DNA of 64,000 nucleotides, taken from a virus. How positions within the stretch are numbered: position 1 is the stretch's first letter; every line of letters begins with the position of its first letter. The position numbers and the translations under genes were made by a program. The DNA lies in IMG/VR virus record IMGVR_UViG_3300027747_001183; one strand, written 5' to 3'. A model generated the notes under the pieces. It made no database searches, was not told where the DNA came from, and saw only the letters and a list, made by a program, of their open reading frames with translations. Positions 38,301 through 44,736 of the stretch are shown here, piece by piece.

Positions 38301-38376
38301 TGGTAGCCGGTGACGGGTTCGAACCGCCGACAATCTCGGTGTAAACGAGGCGCTCTACCAACTGAGCTATGGATCC
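38301..38376 (-). pseudogene. tRNA-Val(TAC) with non-pairing acceptor stem (chimeric or pseudo-tRNA)
   Basis: D, anticodon and T arms essentially intact, but 5' GGATCCA cannot pair with 3' ACCGGCT. Confidence 0.75.
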
Positions 38377-38382
38377 AATATC

Positions 38383-38550
38383 TTAGACTACAATATAGTA
38401 CTTCTTTGCTTCTTTGTCAACTAGTAAGTGCGCTCTAGGATCGGTGACTTTCTTGTCGTTGATCCGAATGGCACCTGACTCGATCGCGCGTCTAGCCTCT
38501 GACTTAGACTTGCAGAAGCCGACTGCTACGCATATCTCAGCGATTTCCAT
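38383..38550 (-). CDS. Stand-alone S4 RNA-binding domain (55 aa, TyrRS C-terminal-like; not in ORF track)
   Basis: MEIAEICVAVGFCKSKSEARRAIESGAIRINDKKVTDP; GAGGAG RBS. Confidence 0.8.
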   Translation of the reverse strand: MEIAEICVAVGFCKSKSEARRAIESGAIRINDKKVTDPRAHLLVDKEAKKYYIVV

Positions 38551-38552
38551 GA

Positions 38553-39203
38553 CTATCTCCTCATCAACTCGTCTACAAACTCAAGCAAGAGCTTCTGGTT
38601 GTGAGTAGCCCTGTCTTGATCCCAAACCCTACGCATCCAGCTGTACTCTGAGTACCAGTGATACTCGGCTTCTGGATGTGATCCTATGAGCCCGACTCTG
38701 CCCTGAAAAGCAGCCATAGGGTCACCGTTAGGGTAAGTAGCAATAACGTCGAGAGGGCCAGACCCAACAACTGAGCATCCGTCATACCAGAACATCCTCT
38801 CTTTTTTTCCGTTCCAAGTTATCTCTAGATCTTTTGCGTGAGGCCTGCGCGTGTCCGAGTTCGGGCGGGCAAGGTACTGAACGCAGTCTATGTCCTGCAG
38901 AAGGTTCAAGTAGTGCTGACCGGCCCAGTAGGCGCCCATGCATATGCCAAGGTATCGGCCACCTCTATTGACGAAGTCTCGTATCTTTGGAATGTGCTGG
39001 CGCATTACCTTGTGAAAGGTCTCGGCGTCACCAATCCCACCTGGGATCAGTATCATGTCGACGTCGTCGAACCAGTCGTCGAAGTACAAGTCGTGCTTCG
39101 TGAAGACTTTAAACTGGTAGTAGGGCTGCAGGATATTCAACACCGCATTGATGCTCGGTACTGAGCACCTGGGGTGATCGACGAATATCGCTACCTTACC
39201 CAC
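38553..39203 (-). CDS. Class I glutamine amidotransferase-like (BPL_N) protein
   Basis: LIPGG, YLGICMGAY, GSHPE. Confidence 0.8.
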   Translation of the reverse strand: MGKVAIFVDHPRCSVPSINAVLNILQPYYQFKVFTKHDLYFDDWFDDVDMILIPGGIGDAETFHKVMRQHIPKIRDFVNRGGRYLGICMGAYWAGQHYLNLLQDIDCVQYLARPNSDTRRPHAKDLEITWNGKKERMFWYDGCSVVGSGPLDVIATYPNGDPMAAFQGRVGLIGSHPEAEYHWYSEYSWMRRVWDQDRATHNQKLLLEFVDELMRR

Positions 39204-39219
39204 ACGACCCTCCGCAAAA

Positions 39220-39293
39220 TGGCACCAGTGTAGGGAGTCGAACCCTAGCCCGCGGTTTTGGAGACCGCTGTGCTACCGTAACACTTCACTGAT
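39220..39293 (-). tRNA. tRNA-Trp(CCA)
   Basis: GCGGT-CT-CCA-AA-ACCGC; CCA. Confidence 0.9.
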
Positions 39294-39309
39294 ATTGTAT
39301 ATTTATTAT

Positions 39310-39384
39310 TGGCGATCCGTAGGGGTTTCGAACCCCTCTAACTCGTTAGACAGACGAGGATCCACACCAGCTGATTCACGGACC
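39310..39384 (-). tRNA. tRNA-Asp(GTC), atypical (G8, U37)
   Basis: CTCGT-CT-GTC-TA-ACGAG; G73 CCA. Confidence 0.85.
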
Positions 39385-39390
39385 GAATAT

Positions 39391-39467
39391 TGGAGAGGAA
39401 GATGGGACTCGAACCCACATGAAAAGGTTTTGCAGACCTTGTAGTAACCATTCCTACGCACTTCCTC
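39391..39467 (-). tRNA. tRNA-Cys(GCA)
   Basis: AAGGT-CT-GCA-AA-ACCTT; U73 CCA. Confidence 0.88.
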
Positions 39468-39472
39468 ATTAA

Positions 39473-39548
39473 TGGTGCTGCCTGTCGGATTCGAACTGAC
39501 GACCTACGCATTACTAGTGCGTTGCTCTACCAACTGAGCTAAGGCAGC
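39473..39548 (-). tRNA. tRNA-Thr(AGT)
   Basis: ACGCA-CT-AGT-AA-TGCGT; CCA. Confidence 0.9.
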
Positions 39549-39553
39549 AAAAC

Positions 39554-39613
39554 TGGGCGGGAGCAAAAGAGTGACCTTTTGTTACAATCATATATTTCTA
39601 TATGACTCTCCCG
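39554..39613 (-). ncRNA. Putative 60-nt three-way-junction RNA ending in CCCA
   Basis: CGGGAG/CTCCCG closing stem, two internal hairpins, 3' CCCA. Confidence 0.45.
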
Positions 39614-39616
39614 ATA

Positions 39617-39654
39617 TGGTGCCCAAAGAGAGGATTGAACTCCCGACCTGATGG
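39617..39654 (-). pseudogene. Isolated 3' half of a tRNA
   Basis: CCATCAGGTCGGGAGTTCAATCCTCTCTTTGGGCACCA with no matching 5' half upstream. Confidence 0.75.
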
Positions 39655-39690
39655 AACACATAATTTTAATCAATCGTAAAATATAAATTA

Positions 39691-39803
39691 GTGATAGTTT
39701 TTCTTGTGTCAGGAAAACTATCAAACCCCGCATACGCAGCCCATCCCACTTTTCGCGTATGGCGGAGGCAGTAATCGTGTCACGAGGCCACGGTGGGTCT
39801 GCC
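39691..39803 (-). ncRNA. Putative structured RNA directly 3' of tRNA-Pro (manA-like outline)
   Basis: GGCAG/CTGCC, CATACGC/GCGTATG and TGATAGTTTT/AAAACTATCA stems; CCCAC/GTGGG loop-loop complementarity. Confidence 0.55.
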
Positions 39804-39807
39804 TTAA

Positions 39808-39886
39808 TGGTCAAAGTGGGTGGATTTGAACCACCGAGCTCCTCCTTCCAAGGGAGGCGGGAACGACCAGACTTCCCCACACTCTG
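39808..39886 (-). tRNA. tRNA-Pro(TGG) with A37
   Basis: C1:G72, A73; CCTCC-CT-TGG-AA-GGAGG. Confidence 0.85.
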
Positions 39887-39962
39887 ATATATAATAGGTA
39901 TGATGTTAAGGTGGCACGACGAGGATAGTAGATCAGAATTTTTTCCACCTTTCAATTCTGAG

Positions 39963-40313
39963 CTATGCTCCATCTTTTGACTTAACAAGATCCCATTGCC
40001 TCTTTGCATCTGGATGTGGATTGTCTGACTTACGGTATATTGTGTGCCCAAGGATCTTACCGCGATGGGTAATAGTAACATGCATCTTGTGCTTATTGCC
40101 AGAGTTAGTTAATATCACACTTCTTGTTTTTCCAGGTCCCTGATCAAACCCACTTTCTTCTTTGCCATAGATGTCAGGATGATCGTATGAATTTACATAT
40201 GTATTGAATGATGGGTGTTTATGGAGAGCATTCATTTGAGACTTATTTAAGATTTCATGCATCTTTTTTGGTCGAGTTGTGTTTTCATTTATAAAATCTA
40301 AAAAGTTTTTCAT
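39963..40313 (-). CDS. Putative internal head protein
   Basis: MKNFLDFINE N-terminus; late-like TAATAAATA at 40332-40340; AT-rich. Confidence 0.6.
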   Translation of the reverse strand: MKNFLDFINENTTRPKKMHEILNKSQMNALHKHPSFNTYVNSYDHPDIYGKEESGFDQGPGKTRSVILTNSGNKHKMHVTITHRGKILGHTIYRKSDNPHPDAKRQWDLVKSKDGA

Positions 40314-40344
40314 TTGTATACTCCTTTTAGATATTTATTATCAG

Positions 40345-40402
40345 TTGAACCTGCGACCTCGATGTTAAAAGCATCTTGCTCTACCTATTGAGCTATGGGT
40401 CC
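40345..40402 (-). pseudogene. Truncated tRNA-Lys(TTT)
   Basis: GGACCCATAGCTCAA...CT-TTT-AA...GCAGGTTCAA, then breaks off in the T-loop. Confidence 0.8.
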
Positions 40403-40406
40403 AAAT

Positions 40407-40435
40407 AAAACAGGGGAGCCACTAAGCTCCCCTGT
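40407..40435 (-). terminator. Intrinsic terminator
   Basis: ACAGGGGAGC/GCTCCCCTGT stem plus T tract. Confidence 0.75.
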
Positions 40436-40460
40436 ACATCCGAGGTAGAGCCTAGTCCGA

Positions 40461-40682
40461 TTAGACTGCCATTGCAGACTGACGGTGCGTCCCTAGACGG
40501 TACTTCATGAGCTTAGAGCCGTCGTAGCCCTTGCGGGCGTTGAGGTAGATTGCATGGCCTTGTTCGCGAAGGTTGTAGATCGTGGATGCTGGGTTAGCGA
40601 CCTTGTAGCGAGTAGCGATCTGCTTTGCTGTAAGCTCTTGACCGTTGGCGAGTGCTGCGAGTACGCGTTGTGCTTTAGACAT
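40461..40682 (-). CDS. Winged helix-turn-helix protein
   Basis: LTAKQIA..NPASTIYNLREQG..YRLG. Confidence 0.75.
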   Translation of the reverse strand: MSKAQRVLAALANGQELTAKQIATRYKVANPASTIYNLREQGHAIYLNARKGYDGSKLMKYRLGTHRQSAMAV

Positions 40683-40764
40683 TCATTTTCTCCATGACAA
40701 AAACGGGAATCATTCCCACAATCTTTATATTATAACAGTGTTGCATATTTGTCAACGACTATTT

Positions 40765-42153
40765 TCACTGGAGCATGTCTTTTATTCGCTTTTTCTTGTC
40801 CTCGTCCATCTGCCGGCCTCCGAAGCTGGACTTGTTGAATACTGGGGCGTTCTCGTTCATGATCCCGTCCTGTGCAGAGTCCTCTGCATTGTAGAGTCGC
40901 ATCTTGGCTCGGTCGATGCCGACGACGAAACGGCGATGGATAGTAGGGTCGTTGTAGCGATTCTTGAGCTGCTTGATCATGAGTTGGTTGAGGTCTTCAA
41001 GCTCCTCGGTAGAGATGAGCGCGAACATCAAGTCAGCGGTGGCAGGTAGGCCAAAAGACTCTGAGGTATCAGTGAGCTCCACGTCAGAGTTTCCGTAGCC
41101 GCCTCTAGTAGTTTGAGTAGCAGAAACCACAGGAACGTTAAACTCAACGGCAAGACCACGTAGCTCCTCAGCGATTGCCTTAATGTACGTGTACGAGTTG
41201 ACATTAGCTCCAGACTTAATGCGGCTAGAAGAACAGATGTTGAGATAGTCGATATAGATAACATCAGGAACAAAGTTTCGCTTGATACGAAGTTCGTTAA
41301 GAAGATGACGGAAGTGAGCGCTGCCAGCAGAGGCAGTTGGGTATTCCTTAACGATGAGCTTTCCAACAGTCTTCTCCTTGAGTCGGTTTATCTTCTTGTC
41401 GTATGCGTCCTTAGGAAGCGTGGCGAGTTCGTCGACGGTCACGTTGAGCAGGTTGGCGTCGATGCGCTCGGCGATCTTCTCCTCGGCCATCTCCATCGTG
41501 ATGTAGAGTACGTTCTTGCCGTTCACGAGGTTATTCGAAGCACAGTGACACATAAAAAGAGATTTCCCAACACCAGTGCCTGCAAGGGCAATGTTGAGAG
41601 TCTTTCGAACAAGACCACCCTTAGTGATCGTATTAAGGTAGTCAAGGTCAAAGGGAATATGTTCTTCCTTGCGATGATAGAAGTCAAACCGATCATCAGC
41701 ATTAAGGAAATAATCGTGACCGATGCTGACATCAAAGCTGACGCCAAGAGCGTCTGAGAGCAGAGTAGGAATAGCTCCCGTAGAGCTCGATCCAGTCTTG
41801 TCGTCAAGGATCTTAATCGATGCCATGATCGCATTGTAGATAGCCTTCTCTTGACAGAACTTCTCGGTGCTGTCGAGAAGCCACTTGATCTCCGTATTGT
41901 CTACCTGCAGGTCCTCGATCATTCGCTTCGAGTCCTTGAACGTGCCTTCGCTGAGTCCGTCAAGGTTCTGGAGCTCGATCTGCAGTACCTCCTTGGTAGG
42001 AGTGTTGTTGTACTTCTTTACGTACTCGTCGATCAGCTTATAGACTGTCTTGTCAGATAAGTTCTGAAAGTACTCGTCCTTCAAGAACGGGAGGATCTTT
42101 CTAGCATACGCCTCGTTGAATACCAGGTGCGATAGGATTGTCTTCTCGATCAT
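40765..42153 (-). CDS. 41: Replicative DNA helicase (T4 gp41)
   Basis: AGTGVGKS, YITMEM, IDYLNI, SATQTTR, SESFGLP. Confidence 0.97.
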   Translation of the reverse strand: MIEKTILSHLVFNEAYARKILPFLKDEYFQNLSDKTVYKLIDEYVKKYNNTPTKEVLQIELQNLDGLSEGTFKDSKRMIEDLQVDNTEIKWLLDSTEKFCQEKAIYNAIMASIKILDDKTGSSSTGAIPTLLSDALGVSFDVSIGHDYFLNADDRFDFYHRKEEHIPFDLDYLNTITKGGLVRKTLNIALAGTGVGKSLFMCHCASNNLVNGKNVLYITMEMAEEKIAERIDANLLNVTVDELATLPKDAYDKKINRLKEKTVGKLIVKEYPTASAGSAHFRHLLNELRIKRNFVPDVIYIDYLNICSSSRIKSGANVNSYTYIKAIAEELRGLAVEFNVPVVSATQTTRGGYGNSDVELTDTSESFGLPATADLMFALISTEELEDLNQLMIKQLKNRYNDPTIHRRFVVGIDRAKMRLYNAEDSAQDGIMNENAPVFNKSSFGGRQMDEDKKKRIKDMLQ

Positions 42154-42299
42154 TTCCAGTACCTCTTAATCATAAGTGGACCAATTCTCCAGTAGTAGTA
42201 TGGATACCCGCTGTTAAAGCGGGCACCATTCCATGCGAACAGCGATCCACGCCATCCTATCCATAATATACTGATCTGATTTTTTGTCAACCACTTCAT
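42150..42299 (-). CDS. Small Trp/Tyr-rich protein (49 aa, not in ORF track)
   Basis: MKWLTKNQISILWIGWRG...KRYWK*; ATGA overlaps at both ends. Confidence 0.55.
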   Translation of the reverse strand: MKWLTKNQISILWIGWRGSLFAWNGARFNSGYPYYYWRIGPLMIKRYWK

Positions 42300-42505
42300 T
42301 TGTTGAAAGTGTCCACTAGTGCCTTGCGTCCGTCGGCGCTGTACTGGTTCTCGAATATCATTATTGCTTTTCTAAGCATGCCGACAGCCAGAAGCAGTAC
42401 GTCGTTTACGTCGTCACACATCAGTATCTGAGTCTCGACCGGAAGCATCAGCTTCTGGATCTTTCTCTCTTGCTTTTCTCTGTCCATCTTGAAACTCCAC
42501 ACCAT
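42296..42505 (-). CDS. Hypothetical protein
   Basis: Operon packing. Confidence 0.6.
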   Translation of the reverse strand: MVWSFKMDREKQERKIQKLMLPVETQILMCDDVNDVLLLAVGMLRKAIMIFENQYSADGRKALVDTFNK

Positions 42506-42797
42506 TGCTGATAGCGTTGTGAATATCCATGTAGCCTGAGTCCATGCCGACTAGGTATGCGTCCATGTCGAACTCAAATACGTCGTAGAGTACGTAGCGG
42601 AATGAACCCTGATCTACAACGTCGCCCTTGTGAATCCGCTTAGTGATGATATAGAAGGCCTTCAACTTATCATTGTAGGACAGGTCTTTCCACCAATCCT
42701 CGCACTCGACGTCGTAGATGTCTCTACCTTCTTTGTAGATCCTACGTATCTCTTCCATCTCTGGGCTGTTAAGCCAATCTTTGAGAGTATCAGTCAT
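42414..42797 (-). CDS. Hypothetical protein
   Basis: GSFRYVLYDVF..GMDSGYMDIHN motif. Confidence 0.6.
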   Translation of the reverse strand: MTDTLKDWLNSPEMEEIRRIYKEGRDIYDVECEDWWKDLSYNDKLKAFYIITKRIHKGDVVDQGSFRYVLYDVFEFDMDAYLVGMDSGYMDIHNAISNGVEFQDGQRKAREKDPEADASGRDSDTDV

Positions 42798-43830
42798 CTT
42801 CTTCACTCACTAGGTTGCCGCCGACTAGGGTGTACTTGCTCTTGATCCAGTCAGCAAAGTCAGTTGTCGAGAGTAGCTCTTTCCAGACGTCTCCGTTGTC
42901 TTCTACCTCAGAAGCTTTGAACTTCTGTCCAGTGACCTCGCCAGTAGCGCGGTCGACGAACTGATAAGACTGAGTGGTAGGCTTTGCGATATAGCCACCC
43001 TCAAGGGCCAGATCCAAGAGTCCGGACCATTTCTTGATCCCACCCTCATAGGAGACAGTAATAGGTATCTTAGACTTTTCCTTGACATAGCGTGACTTCT
43101 CTACGTTGATTACGAAGTTGTAGCCGGTGATCTCCTTGCCGTCTTTCTCCTGCTGACGACCGAGGATCCAGATCGTGTCAGCAGAGTAGTAGATACCGGT
43201 ACCGCCGGAGACGATGTCGCGTGGATAGAGTGCCATCTCCTTGTAGGTATGGTTGACCACGATCAGAGGGATGTCCTTGAGGGACAGGTGCGGAGTAACC
43301 ATGCGAAAGAGGGACTTGAGTGCCTTAGCGCGAGACATGTCGGCTACCGACTTACCCTCGAGTGCGTCCTCAGTCTCTTTCTTAGATGCTAGGTTGCCGA
43401 CTGAGTCGATCACCATCACTACTTTGTCGTCGCGTTTAATCTCTTGAAGCTGCTGCACGATGTCGAACTTAAGCTTCTCGATGTCGGTGATGGGCGTATG
43501 GATGACTCGGTTCATGTCGATGCCGAACGACGTGAAGTAGCCCTGAGGCGTACCGAACTCTGAGTCGTAGAATAAAAGGACGCTCTCGGGATACTGCTTC
43601 ATATATGCGGCTGCCATAAGGAGAGAAAAGGCAGACTTGAAGTGCTTCGACGGACCGGCCAGTACTGTAAGACCGGGTGTAAGTCCACCGTCGATGCGAC
43701 CCGAGAGCGCTACGTTCACCATTGGAACGCTAGTTGGAATTATGTCTTTGCGGTTGTAGATCTTGCTATCTACGAGAAGAGACGTCTCATCGATCGTAGA
43801 GTTCTTGATTAAGCGGTTCAGTAGCGACAT
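42790..43830 (-). CDS. uvsX: RecA-like recombinase UvsX
   Basis: AGPSKHFKS, YDSEFG, IDSVGNLAS, SGGTG, VEKSR. Confidence 0.97.
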   Translation of the reverse strand: MSLLNRLIKNSTIDETSLLVDSKIYNRKDIIPTSVPMVNVALSGRIDGGLTPGLTVLAGPSKHFKSAFSLLMAAAYMKQYPESVLLFYDSEFGTPQGYFTSFGIDMNRVIHTPITDIEKLKFDIVQQLQEIKRDDKVVMVIDSVGNLASKKETEDALEGKSVADMSRAKALKSLFRMVTPHLSLKDIPLIVVNHTYKEMALYPRDIVSGGTGIYYSADTIWILGRQQEKDGKEITGYNFVINVEKSRYVKEKSKIPITVSYEGGIKKWSGLLDLALEGGYIAKPTTQSYQFVDRATGEVTGQKFKASEVEDNGDVWKELLSTTDFADWIKSKYTLVGGNLVSEEDD

Positions 43831-43846
43831 ATAAAACTCCGATGTG

Positions 43847-44080
43847 TCATTGATTTAGTATATTATTGATCTTTTCTATAAAAATGTCAATCTTTTTTAC
43901 GCGGTCTGGCCAAACAATATTCGGCTTCTCAGGATTCTTCTTTAGATTATTAAGAAGAGGCATGATAGCATCGTACATCTTCTGAGCTTTGCTCTCAGCA
44001 GAGTCTACTGCTACAGATAAGTCGTCTGCAAAATCAAAGCCAAAGTCGTGACTATTTTCTATCTCTACTCTATTCTTCAT
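43847..44080 (-). CDS. Conserved hypothetical protein
   Basis: DFGF..PLLNNLKKNPEK..WPDR. Confidence 0.65.
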   Translation of the reverse strand: MKNRVEIENSHDFGFDFADDLSVAVDSAESKAQKMYDAIMPLLNNLKKNPEKPNIVWPDRVKKIDIFIEKINNILNQ

Positions 44081-44736
44081 TATAGTCTCCCAAATCCCCA
44101 CTTTCTCTCTAGACACCACCAGCAACCAGTACCGCAGTGTGGTTCAGTATGAGGTACACTTACGTTTTCACAGCTTCTAGTTATTGGAAAAAGATTTTCC
44201 ATAAGATCGTAGTTTCTATAGAGCTCAGCTACTCCGCGCTTGTTTATATTTGCTAGTGGAGTAAATGATCTTCCACGAGGACTCACTGTAGGCTTTATAG
44301 TACCGTCAGGATCTCTCTCATCATCTCTTATAAACAAGTTTTCAATATCGACTTCATCTTTAGGGGGATTAAGAGTAATACCTGCAAAGTGACAGTCAAC
44401 GACGTTTGTTTTATACAGACTCTTCATAAGTGTATTCTGTGAAATTGAATAGTCTTCAGGAGATACCCACTCATCTGGTATAACATGTTCTGAAAACTTA
44501 ATCTTTAACTGATCTTCAATGAATGATACTATAGCCTTAGCATATATGTCTTGCCATGGCTTTATTGAGTTTATAACAGTAATTGGTACTATATTAATGT
44601 CTCTAACTTGCTTCTTATATAATCCAATCATGTATGCAAGTACTGCGCTGTCGACGCCGCCAGATAATTTTATTCCGACGTTATTTTCAGCTGGGTTTAT
44701 TATAACTTCACCTTGAGATGTTTGAGATACTATCAT
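44080..44736 (-). CDS. QueC-like PP-loop ATPase
   Basis: LSGGVDSAVL; TRSC..HCGTGCWWCLERKWG. Confidence 0.75.
   Translation of the reverse strand: MIVSQTSQGEVIINPAENNVGIKLSGGVDSAVLAYMIGLYKKQVRDINIVPITVINSIKPWQDIYAKAIVSFIEDQLKIKFSEHVIPDEWVSPEDYSISQNTLMKSLYKTNVVDCHFAGITLNPPKDEVDIENLFIRDDERDPDGTIKPTVSPRGRSFTPLANINKRGVAELYRNYDLMENLFPITRSCENVSVPHTEPHCGTGCWWCLERKWGFGRL

Noticed and set aside
39539-40081. 180-aa minus-strand ORF
   Set aside because: Runs through tRNA-Pro, tRNA remnants and structured RNAs; probably a chance open frame
39617-40402. Lys 5' fragment and orphan 3' half as one split or intron-containing tRNA
   Set aside because: Acceptor strands are not complementary and both contain T-arm sequence
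44080-44736. Calling this gene queC and a complete 7-deazaguanine pathway
   Set aside because: Only PP-loop and Cys motifs are shared; folE, queD and dpdA are not seen in this window
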